Below are positions 52,296-64,000 of a stretch of 64,000 bases of DNA, in pieces. Where the stretch lies: assembly GCF_009914755.1 (NCBI RefSeq), contig NC_060932.1; one strand, written 5' to 3'. Positions within the stretch are counted from its first letter, which is position 1. Every line of letters starts with the position of its first letter. The notes beneath the pieces were generated by a model that was given only the letters and a program-made list of their open reading frames with translations, was not told where the DNA came from and did not search any database. Origin of the DNA: the human T2T-CHM13v2.0 reference genome, Homo sapiens. A program made the translations under genes and the position numbers.

Positions 52296-54140
52296 CTTCA
52301 CTGCAATGTTGTCTCCTTTATTAATGCATTTTATGCTTCTTTAGAACTGTATTCATTCAATCAACACAAATTGAGTTCTCATGTATCAGTCAAAAATAAA
52401 TTGTAAGTAGCAAACCACTCTATTTTTAGCAAAAATGGATTTAATACAAAGAATTGGGTCCTTCTACATCTTTGGAATGGTTGGACTCCCATGACTGAGT
52501 GTCATTTTTGCCTAAGCAAGAAGATGGAGAGTGAAACAGACTTTCTTAAATTAATGACTGGTTATATTTCAGCACCTAAGCTGCAATTCTGGGGTCAGAA
52601 AGCAACTGCTAGAACCACTGGCTCCAGAGTCTCATCCTACCTACTAGATATGTACCAGTGAATTGGATGTCTTTTACCATCTTTGCTGTTTTCTTCATTT
52701 AACATTGTTACAAATTCAAATAGATACACACATATGATTCAAGAACATAAATCACCTCTGGAAAGTTACCTGGGAGGTGTTCTGGTAAAGGTTTTCTTAG
52801 CTTTCTGGTTTCTGCAGTATAGGAAGTTATCCCTCAAGAAAGTTGGAAGAAATAAACTATGCCAGTCTACTGTATCTACCACATGTTACAAACCAAAGAG
52901 TCTTTGCCTTCAGCAACTTACATTTTAGTCAAAATATAAGACAAAAAATAAACAGATAGGGCAGACAACTTGACAATACTCTTGGATAAAGCTATTAGAA
53001 AATCAACAAACTTTACAACTGAAAGATGTTTAGGTTGGCAACAGTCAATGCAACTTGTTTCTAGAGCTATTCATATAATAGTGCCACGGTGAGACAGTTA
53101 ATTGGAAAATACTACTTGGTAATGGCTATATAAATCAAAATGGGCCTTCAAAGACAGTGTGGGAGTTTAGTTACGTGCTACTACTTATGAAATAATTCTA
53201 TGGGAGTTGGCAAAACTGATTAGTTAAATTTGGAGAATTTATGCTATAGGAATTAAGCTTGATTGGTACTTGACTCATGTTTCTCTAGAGTTTAAATGTG
53301 AAAAGTTTAACTTTGAAGAGTTATGGGCTATAGATTATTCAATACAAGAAGTTAACATTTTGACCAAAAAACAAAAACAAAAACAAAAAAAGACAAAACA
53401 GTAGCTAGTTTTGCAGCGTGAGCCAGAGCAAATAACACAAAACTGAGTATAGAATATTGCTGCTTAAACTGTTCTTGGTGAAGGACTCCCTTGAGAATCT
53501 AGTAAAGAATATAAACTCATTATATTTTTGAATGCAGAAATATACACACGTACATGTATATGTACATACCAAATATTCACAAATATCAGCAGGCTCACAG
53601 ATGCTTTGAACTTATGAAATCTCCTGAAGACCTTGGGTCTTCCTTAAGAAATTCTATACTAGAGTGCTGTGCTCTTTTACATTTCTGAGGTTACTGTGAT
53701 GTTTTAGTTCTCAAAAAGTTGAAACCTGTACACATATAAGTATTTTTGTACCTATATGTGTGTGCATATACACATATACGTAAAATTAAATATATCCTAC
53801 CAAATGTCATACTGGTGAAGAATTGTAGCCTCAATTGGTTATCTCAGAAATTGTTGCACCCCATCAATAAAATATTTTTGAGAATTTGCTGAGTATATAT
53901 ATAATATGTGTAAAAAGTATATATGCATGTATAGTCTATCTTTATAAATTATATAAATGTATTAGACCAAAATACTTAAAGTATGTATATAAAATTTGAA
54001 ATGTATAAAAATAAGAATGAATTGTTTTAAAATTTTTTTCTGATTTTTTATTATTAATACAAAAATATTGTCCTCTTTTAGTACTTCCAAAATATTTTGG
54101 GGAATCCTTTTGTCAAATAGGAAAACCAACTTTTCCAGCA

Positions 54141-54694
54141 TTTAGAAATACCATTTGACCCAGTGATCCTATTACTGGGTATATACCCAAAGGATTATAA
54201 ATCATGCTACTGTAAAGACACATGCACATATATGTTTATTGCGGCACTATTCACAACAGCAAAGTGTTGCTATTGGGAACCAACCCAAATGTCCATCAAT
54301 GATAGACTGGATTAAGAAAATGTGGCAAATATACACCATGGAATACTATGCAGCCATAAAAAAGGATGAGTTCATGTCCTTTGCAGGGATGTGGATGAAG
54401 CTGGAAACCATCATTCTCAGTAAACTATCACAAGGACAGAAAACCAAATACCGCATGTTCTCACTCATAAGTGGGAATTGAACAATGAAAACACATGGAC
54501 ACAGGGCAGGGAACATCATCACACACAGGGCCTGTCCGGGGGTTGGGGCTCGGGGAGGGATAGCATTAGGAGAAATACCTATTGTAAATGATGAGTTGAT
54601 GGGTGGAGCAAGCCAAAATGGCACATGTATACCTATATAACAAACCTGCATGTTGTGCACATGTACCCTAGAACTTAAAGTATAATTAAAATAA
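54141..54694 (+). mobile_element. 5'-truncated L1PA (about L1PA5-7) 3' end
   Basis: agaaataccatttgacccag…aaggatgagttcatgtcctttgcaggga…acaaacctgcatgttgtgcacatgtaccctagaacttaaagtataa. Confidence 0.95.
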
Positions 54695-55316
54695 TGAGAT
54701 GCTAAAACAGAAATTGGACATTAGGTAAAAGCTAAGGTGATATGAATAATGCACTATTTTTGCAACTTCCTATGAATTTCCAGTTATTTCAAAATGAAAT
54801 GTTTTGAAACACTATGGGTTTAACTAATGTCTGACTCAAAGGTCAAAGCAATAACCTCTTTAACTTTTCAATTTCATAGATGATATAGGTCAAAATAAAG
54901 AGATAGGAAATAAAAAAAGAAAATTATTTCACTTGCTTCTGTTTTTCTTTATTACACATTAATAAAAGAGGCAAATTAGTTCATACCAATTGAATACTTC
55001 TGTGATCTAGGTTAAGTCATAGATTTTTTTAAGCCCCTATATCTTCATTTATATGGTTCTTTTAGAATATGATGTATATTCTGTTCAGTCCCAAAATTTT
55101 CTCTTAATTGGCTCCAAATTGATCAAATAATTTTCTTTTAATTACTAATTCACTTAATTGCTACTAAAAGGTGGAATTGGATGTATTGAGTTGTTTTTGA
55201 TAGACTAGGCCAATATATGGATCAGAGAACGTTCTGCTATACGTTATGGTTCTACAATATGAAATACTAACCTGAATAAGGAGGGAGATTTCTTATCCTC
55301 TAGTTCTAATCCACAA

Positions 55317-55353
55317 AATGAATGAATGAATGAATCAATGAATGAATCAATCA
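55317..55353. repeat. (AATG/AATC)n short tandem repeat
   Basis: aatgaatgaatgaatgaatcaatgaatgaatcaatcaa. Confidence 0.8.
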
Positions 55354-56394
55354 ATTCACTTATCTTTAGGAAAATATATAACCTTATAACCCATGAAATG
55401 AAACTATCATGGGACCCATGTTCTGAGCACTAGGGTGCTCAGGGCAGTACAGGTGGAGATAGTGCCCCCCCAGAACTAGATCTGTTTGTCTTTCATTCTA
55501 AATTTGGTGAAAGAGTGATGTAGGCAAGGTACTAAAATAGAATAACTGTGTCTAAATGTGCATAGGCATAGAATTATCTGGGGAGGGCCTCAAAGACACT
55601 GATTAGCCAGAAAACTATTAATAATCAGAGTGACCATAATAAAGTTAGCTAAGGACATGAGTAACAATCTGCAAAGCTAAAATGTATCTGTGCCTGCATC
55701 CAAGGAGTGAATTTAGAAAACTTGGTTTATTTTATGATTACTATGGGATAGAGTGCTTGAAATTAAAATGCTAGGTCACCAATCCAAGAGGAAGGTGCTG
55801 GAATTAGGAACAGTATGATATTTGATAACAGGGCAGGGTGTTTAAGTACGAGGCAGCCCTGGTGGCTTTATAATTTGCTGTTTCATTTCTGTGTGGCTCC
55901 TGCAGCCACTAGCTGGCATGAAAGGGTCCCTCTGGTATTTTGAACCAAAAAGGAAATAAAACTCACTCACACTTCACTACAGATAACCTGAATATTTTGA
56001 ATTTGGTTCATGGCAAGAGAAATGTGTACTTTGGATTTATTTTAATAATAGTGGTGATATGTTGGCTGAGTTATCTCCTTTACGATTTGGAAACTTGTGA
56101 AGTAGTTGTCTGAGTTTAAGAAAAGCAATATATGCCTACGGGAAATAATTTTTATCTCATCTGAAAATAATTGGAATATATGAACAACACTTAAGGAGAA
56201 AATGTCTCTTGGCAAGTAATATAACTCAAATAGAGATTATTGATTTTTTATTGAAGAATTAAAAGTTTCCTCTTAGCGTCACCCTGATCTGCTTAGATTG
56301 GCTTTGTTACTTGAATTTAGAGACATTGTTATGCAATAGTGGAAAGAGACAAATGTTGCATGTTCTTTGCATTTGAAGTAATCTCTGATTTGTG

Positions 56395-58790
56395 TTTAAT
56401 TTTCCTATTGATGTGTAATGCATAACAAATAAGTTGATATGTATGTAAAACTTCAAGTATTCAGCTCAATTACTCTTAGCTGTCCATACCACCTTTGGAA
56501 ACACTACCTAGATGAAGAAATAGAATATTATCAGAAGCATACCTTGTATTTTCTTTGTTATCACTCCCCTAACCCCCTCCAGAGAACAACTATTTTGACT
56601 TCCATCACACAGACTGGTTTTGCCTTTTGGAAATTTTTATATAAATGTAATCATACAATATTTATTTTTGTGTATACTTTCTTTCACTCAGTAGTATGCC
56701 TGTGAAATTTATCCATGTTGTTGAGAGTAGCAGATTACTCATTTTCATTGCCATGTAATATTCCCTTGTATCAATATTCTAAAATTGTATTCCCTGTAGT
56801 GTTGATGGATATTTGAATTCTGTCCAATTTCTCACTATATCAAATGGTGATGCTGTCAACATTTTTGTACATGTCTTCAGTGTATATATGTACACATTTT
56901 CAATATCCAATGTAATTGCTATGCCATAGGTATTTGTATGCTTTGCTTTAGGAGATACTGCAAGATAAATAGTATTTTTTTTGTGTGTGGACACCTTTCC
57001 AAACAAATTGTACTAGCTGGCACTCTCATTGGCAGTGTTTACCCCTCAGCATTTCTGGCTTGTATATAGTGGTGTTATATTGTGGTTCTCATTCATATGT
57101 ACCTGATGACTAAAGATATTGAACACTTTTACATGTGCTTATTAGCCATTTGGCTACTCTCCTTGTGAATGTCAGCTCAAATGTTTGCCTATTTTTTTCC
57201 ATTGGGTTGTCTATCTTTATTGTCTTGATTTGTACACATTGTTTATATATTCTGTTTATATTCAATATGTAACATTATATATATATGTATATGTTTTCTT
57301 CTACTCTGCCTTTTAAACTATCTTCATGGAGTATTTTAATAAACAGGAGATCTTAATTTTTATGAAGTATAATTTATCAATTGTTATCTTTTGGCTAGAA
57401 CTTTATGTGTTCTTTTATTAAGTACAACATCATTCTGATTGTAAAGCTATCCACATATATTATATTCTACAACTTATGTTACTTTGTAGCTCATATTGAG
57501 ATCACCACTTCATCTGGAATTTATTTTGTGTTAAGGACATAAGGGTCCAGATTTGTTAACCTAACTTTTCCCCCATCACAATATAATGTCACCTTTATTA
57601 TAAATAGGCTGTATATATGGCTATTTCTAGATTATTTCCGTGGTCAGTTTTTTACTCTTGCGTCAACAGCATAATGTCTCAGTTATTGTGACATTTTGAT
57701 AAATCTTGGTATGCTAATGTTAGTACTCTTTTTTCTTGTTTTTGTTCACAATTGTCTTGCCTCATTTTTGTTAGAAAATTTTACACAATTTTATTAGACT
57801 TATATTTAAGAATCTGACGCACTTCATGCTCAATTTAATGCTTTCTTTTACATTTTTTATTATCTAATTCTAATACTAAGCAAATTCTAATACATATATC
57901 TGCAGATGCTTTTGTGTATTTTGTGTGCACAGTCAATGCTATTTGCATACAATGTTCATTTGTTTATTTATTTTCAAACTTTATAATTTACATTTATTTT
58001 TATAACAGTATTGCACAGGCTAGGGCATCCAGGACAAAGTTGAACAGAAGTGATAATATCAGAAGTCCTTACCTTATTCTCAATCTTGGTAAGAAATTTT
58101 TATATTTCATTATAAAATATAACGCTTACTATAGATATTTATAGATATTCTTTTTCAGCTTAAGAAGATTATCCTTTGTTTCTAGTTTGTTAAAAGCTTT
58201 TATCATGAAAGAATATCAAATTTCGTCAAAGGGTTTCTTGCATCTATTGAGATAACTTTATGCCATTTTCTCCTTTATTCTATCAACATGATTAATTAGA
58301 TTAATTGCTTCTGAATGTTAAACTTGTCTTATAGGCCTAATATCAACCTTACTTAGTTTTGATGTATTATCTGTTTTATTATTTGATTTGCTCACATTTT
58401 GTTTAGAAATTTTCAACTATGTTTCTGAAAGAAACTTACTTGTATTTTACTTTTCTCATAATGCCCTTGTAACATTTTAGAGGAAAGGCTATGTTGACTC
58501 ATAAAGTGAATTGGGAATTGTCCTTTTTTTCCTCTCCTCTGAAAGTGTTCAGTAGAATTATTACATTTTTTCCCAAATTTTTAAAAGAATTCAACAGTGA
58601 ATCCATCTGAGCCAAAGTTTTTCTTTCATTAGAGTGAAGGTTTTAAATAGTATGTTCAATTGCATTTGTATGTATCTGCTTAGTCTGAATTTATATTTAT
58701 TTTTCTGTTCGCTTTGGTATATTTTGTTATTTTTTTTCTCCAGAGGATATTTTTCATTCAAATTAAGAAAAATCTGACTTAGATTATATT
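56395..58790 (-). mobile_element. Ancient, fragmented L1ME-type element
   Basis: tttcactcagtagtatgcctgtgaaatttatccatgttgttgag…ttgcacaggctagggcatccaggacaaagttgaacagaagtg…cagtgaatccatctgagcc. Confidence 0.8.
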
Positions 58791-59764
58791 TCTTTAAATA
58801 AAACAAAAGATTTTAAAACATTTTCACAAACTAAATCAAATATGTTAAATATTATATATTGATAGGATATTTTAGCAACAGGTCAACTTCTACATGTTAC
58901 TTTGAACAAATGTCTTTATTTCCCAATATGATATTAGATTAACTAAAATAGGAATGTTTTTGTTAAATATTATTGATAACCCCCACACCTTCCACATTTC
59001 AAAAACTGTGAAATCTATGTAGTTCCACCAAAGCCTAGGTTTTTTGTTTGCTATTAGATGTTCTTAAGAGATTTTTGCACTATTTCCTGCATTATTACCC
59101 TTCTCTTGATCATACTATTTTTTACAGTTGAAATGCTAACACAGTGAAGTTTTCTTAATAATTGGAAGCTGAATTATTTGTAAAATTCATGACCTCACTG
59201 CTATCAATATTTAATAAATTATACTATGCAGTATCATATCTATTACCTATGCTCTGACTATTGTCCAGAATTTCAGATAGTATTTATTACATATGCATTC
59301 TTTTTTTCTCAAAAAATATTTAGATAAGAAAAATGCAAAAGTTATAAATTTTCTCTAGATATTTCAAGAGAATTAACACAGATTTTAGTCCCTCCAGAAA
59401 TATCACCCCAGGTTGTAAAATCCCCTCAGTACTATTTATCTTTCTCTACTCAGAAATGAGTTCAGAGTAGAGCAAACCACAGGTAAACTCACAGGGTTTC
59501 AGTGTGATGGTGCCATAAGGTGAGGAATAGTAAGGGCAACGTTCAGGAACTAGGTCAAGAATATTAGTGAGGGCCCCACCAATTCAAATTTAGGGTAACT
59601 TGTATGAAGTCCAGAAGCAAGAACTACACAGGCTGCCTTTATGAGCAGTTTGGTTATACAAGGTCTGGGCCGGCGCCCATTCTTTGTGGCTATCCAGGCA
59701 AGCCATCTCACCTATTTAACGTAGCCGGGTGGACCAAGGAAAGCACTGACAACTGGGTGCTTTT

Positions 59765-59885
59765 CATTGCTAATCCTGGCCCTGACTCACCACTCCGTGA
59801 CCTCTCTTGGTGTGTTTCCTCAGCTGGAAAGTGAAGATAATAATAATGACCTATTTAACAAGGGGTGTTGTGTGGATTGCCAGTT
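59765..59885 (+). mobile_element. MIR fragment
   Basis: aatcctggccctgac…gtgacct…gtttcctcagctggaaagtgaagataataataat…gtgttgtgtggatt. Confidence 0.6.
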
Positions 59886-62678
59886 AATAACATGTTTCAA
59901 AACACAAGGCAGCATTGAGCTTGTAAATACTAATAGAAAGTTTCTCCACACTACAAAGTCAATGAGTGCTTCTCTTGAAGAAAACCCAACATGCCAGAAC
60001 ATGAACATACAAAGCAGTTGAATTAAGGTGAGTTTTTACTTAACAGAAGAAACTTCATTTTCTAAAAGGATACTCTAGAGTTTTCCTTTAGATGGTTAGC
60101 TCACCCTTGTGCATTTAAAAGCTTTTATAAAATTCATCTATACCTATTCCATTAGTTTAGTGTTTGTTTGGAATATATTTAGAATATATTTTTGGTATGT
60201 TTAAATACTTTTTTCCCCCAAAATCAACCGAAAGTAAATGTCATATAGCTTGTCACTGTATTATCGATATTATCATAAGTCTTCTGTAAAGTCAACTTGG
60301 AACATATAAAATAACAAATACACATGTTTTACTTTGGTTGCCTCATCATGGAGGGATTCTTGTTCTACTAGAGGAACTTATGTTAAACTAATGAATTTGA
60401 ATTTATGCATAGTTTTCTAGGAACCTATAACATATCACATCCAGTAATATACTTCTAATAATTTAGCACTGAATAGCTGCTTGCAGGCAAAATTAAATAT
60501 ATCTGCCAAATTAATTCAATTTGCCAGCGCAAAAGTGCCTACCTGCATTTCTTATGTCTATTTATTTGTTTTTCACAAAGATGAAGAATAGTCAGAGAGA
60601 CAAATGCAAAAGAAGTGTGATTTACTTTGTTATAATTTGTAGCTACCAAAAATACTTCTTGAATTCTGAGACTATTGTTGATATTAGCAAGGCAAGGTCA
60701 AATACAAAAGTAAAAAAGTATACTGGTAACAAAATCTGCAAATAAAAATTGAATCCCATGTTTAGTAAGAATTGTTAAGATAATTTGAAAACCATAAAAA
60801 GGAATGACCAGGTAGTGAGTTGAAATTTTGCTCAAGCTAAAACCGAAAGTCTTCTTACAGTGATATCGACAAATGCTATCTTTTTGTAAATTTATGTGTA
60901 TTTTAATGGAAAGTAGAGATGATTTATATCATACACATTTTATTTGATCTTTATAAATAAACTACCTTCAAACTCATTTGTTCACTTATTCTTTATAAGT
61001 TTCTTGAATGCTATCAAGAGTACATATAACCCCTTATGTATGAGGAAATTAAGACTTGGGAGAGTTTGTTCAATTATTCATCTTTTTATTTTTTCAAAAA
61101 CTATTTATGAACCCATACCAACAGTCACTCTGCTAGTTAAAAATTATACTACAATTGTCTTTAAAATTTTAGTAAGGTCCCCACCTACATGCCCTATTGC
61201 CTCTATTTTTTTTATCTTGATTATCTTTGTTTATTCTCCAATGCTTTTGTTCTACTTACAACTTCTTTCTACCACCTAATAGTAAAAGAAAACAAAAGTA
61301 TTGCTTTATATTGAGGAAATAAGGAGTTAATTGCTTATTTTTTGTTGTCTGTTCATTAAAATATTTCACCTAGAATTGGTATCAATTTTTTAATAACATA
61401 AATAAGGACAAAACACAAAACTATGAGAAATCCAAGCTGCACTCACCATATACAGTGATTAGTCTTTACAAATAGAAAAGAGTCTTGGAATAAGATTTTT
61501 GCAGAAAAGTTTCTACCAGAACATAAATGATATAATTTTGAAATTAATTTCTGACATGAAGTAATTTTTAAACTTTGACTAAAAGTAGTTATTTCCATTA
61601 GACTGTAAGTGAAATAGAATAGAGCTTTGTTTTATTCACAGCTACCCTGCCCCACTATCTATATGTGTTCAATATTTTCAACAGTAATTTGGAATGGGCC
61701 TAGATAAAAATAAGAAGGCAATTATTTATGAGAGCCTTTTTCAAGGACCACCACACATATTTCATCACTCTGATCCTGGGCATGGGTAGCTGAAGACAAT
61801 ATTCACCCTACAATTAAAAGTACAGTCCTCTGCAGAAAAAGAATTATCTGGCTCACAGCTAAGAAACTCTGGTCTAGAGGGAAAGAGAACCAGTGCTTTT
61901 TTTTATTACTTAAAGTAACATTTAAAAATTAATAAATGCCCTTTCACAAGTGCAACATAATACTACATAACTTGATAAAGTTGTTGTTTGTATCAATTTC
62001 TTTTATAATTACAATAGTATGACATAGTAGTTGAAATATTTTCAGTTACAAGGTCACCTGTAGACAAATGTCATATTTCGTTATCTCTAATTCTTGGGCA
62101 TTTTTATGCTTTAGTTTGATGATTGACAAGATTGAAATATTATAGAATTAGGTACTATGTAATCGAGCCCAGTGCCATCTCATGAAGATCGCACCTATCA
62201 TAATGTCTTCCACACTTACTAGCAATGCAATGTTGCAACATAATCTGTTTAATTACAGACGTAAAATGAATATAACATCTCATTCATAGAATTCTTGTAT
62301 TAAATGAGATAATAAAGGTAAAGAGCAAAGTACATTAATTTACATATAACGCGTTCAAAATATATTAGACATTATTATTACTATTATTATTCATTAATGC
62401 AAGTTTCATTTTCCTGTTATTAGAATTTTGCCTTTAATTTAACAAAGTTTCATCGGACGCTAATGGCGTTTTATTATGACACACAAAACAAAATCTCAGG
62501 GAAAACCGACAGGAATACAACAAGAACATAACAGTCCACCTGATCAAAATCGGAATAAACATCAGGTGATACTCTACCAGAAAACTCTATAAAATTAGAA
62601 AATTGTCCTGTTTTCTGTTATTTTGTATACTTTGTATCAGTAGCACATGCCCCTCCATCATGTACTGGGTTTCTAAGG

Positions 62679-62723
62679 GTCACGTGTCTGCAGTTTACTG
62701 AATTTGATCACTAGATGGCACTC
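62679..62723 (+). promoter_or_regulatory. Candidate CTCF site with adjacent E-box
   Basis: tgatcactagatggcactc (62705-62723) matches the CTCF core, preceded by TGCAG and by gtcacgtg. Motif match only. Confidence 0.45.
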
Positions 62724-63139
62724 TTGTATCCTTAATTAAATAAACACAATTTTCCTTGTTTTCAAACATTAGGGTGAATATTCAAACTTCTAATTAACTG
62801 AATTTCATAGGAATATCTGGCACACTCTAGCATTGTCTCCATGATATACTTACATAGGTCGTACTCAGGGCACACACAGCATGAAATTTACCAATGAAGT
62901 TCTCCAGTATGTTTTCATATTAAGAGTGTGCCATAAATGAGTTGTAATTTGACCACACCTCTAAAACCTTAGGTAATACACCCATCTGGAAGTGCCTTTT
63001 TTCTGCAAGTGAGGTTCAGGAAGAACTAGCTCCCTTGTGATTATGTTTTCCTGAGAAACTGATACCTAAGATTTTCATATCTTAAAACAAAACCCACACA
63101 AAGAAAGAAAAGACACCTACATTAAGTAATAAAGTAAAT

Positions 63140-63325
63140 GCATTTATGACTATTTCTAAGGACTGTGCAAACTGTTTTTAAATATATATATGCTCATTTA
63201 ATACATACAACTCTCATTTTATAGATGAAGAAACGGGCTCAGTGATGCTAAGAAACTTGCCCAATATTACACAGCTCATGAGTAACACAGCACATGATCT
63301 GAGCGCAGACATCTGACTGTAGAGC
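63140..63325 (-). mobile_element. MIR SINE
   Basis: ctcattttatagatgaagaaacgggctcagtgatgctaagaaacttgcccaatattacacagct. Confidence 0.8.
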
Positions 63326-63429
63326 TGGGACATCCCTTAACTGCAAACAAAACAGTCTTCCATTGTTGTTATCTCACACTGTACTAGAGACCATGGCATA
63401 ACTTTTCTGTCTAGTCAGAAATATCAACC

Positions 63430-63830
63430 ATTAAAATATTGACTTTGGCATACAGAGAGCTTGTTTGGATACTGATATAATCGTGCCAACTGTAAATTAA
63501 CATTTTTGAGACAACTGGAGACAATATTATTTTTTAAATAATTAATTTAAATTATTGTTAATTTTTAGATGTACTGTTGGCATTATGGTTGTGTTAAAAG
63601 ACATGTATTATTTAGAGCTACATTATAAAGTATTTATATTACAATAGATAAAATTATGAATTGTTTGGGACATGCTTTAATGTATGTCAAAAATGGGATA
63701 GGATGGTAGATAAAATAAAATTAGTAAAATACTGAAAATTATGAATGTTAAATAATGGATACATTGTGTTATCTTTCAAATTTTATGCATATTTGAAAAG
63801 TTCATGGTAAAAATTCAAAGGAAAATATTT
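63430..63830 (+). mobile_element. L1ME-type 3'UTR relic
   Basis: catttttgagacaactggag…aattattgttaatttttagatgt…ttttatgcatatttgaaaagttcat. Confidence 0.65.
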
Positions 63831-63895
63831 ATAAAAGTTCAAAAGTTCAAAATTTGAGATCTTATGAAATCACTGTTTAAAAAATGAATGTGTCT

Positions 63896-64000
63896 TCCAT
63901 TCACAATTGCTACAAAGAGAATAAAATACCTACGAATACAACTTATAAGGAATGTGAAGGACCTCTTCAAGAAGAACTACAAAACGCTGGTCAAGGAAAT
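63896..64000 (+). mobile_element. L1PA ORF2 fragment running off the window
   Basis: ccattcacaattgctacaaagagaataaaatacct…aatgtgaaggacctcttcaagaagaactacaaaacgctggtcaaggaaat. Confidence 0.9.

Noticed and set aside
55900-55920. Second CTCF-like motif gccactagctggca
   Set aside because: Mismatch at a conserved purine position of the core and no supporting context.

Overview
AT-rich, CpG-depleted primate (very probably human or ape) non-coding DNA. I found no recognisable protein-coding exon, RNA gene or CpG island. The long ORFs are mostly by-products of Alu, L1, MaLR or low-complexity sequence, and the rest match nothing I recognise. The window is a layered transposon record: 9 dimeric Alus plus one arm-chimeric Alu monomer, L1 fragments from young L1PA2 to ancient L1M, a complete THE1 (MaLR) provirus with a nested THE1A solo LTR, several solo LTRs, MER5-type hAT elements, MIR/L2 relics and microsatellites. 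I see no evidence for a new biological system. The features most worth following up are: (1) a 190-bp, ~95% identical, CpG- and motif-rich direct duplication next to a TSD-less L1PA2 end; (2) the nested THE1A LTR with a DUX4-type motif and a perfect 24-bp palindrome at its deletion junction; (3) a TSD-flanked ~147-bp orphan retro-insertion; (4) a ~210-bp composite L1 with a 5' inversion; (5) a long (AAAGG)n Alu-tail repeat; (6) a CTCF/E-box candidate element. Subfamily calls come from remembered consensus sequences, and boundaries of old elements are approximate.
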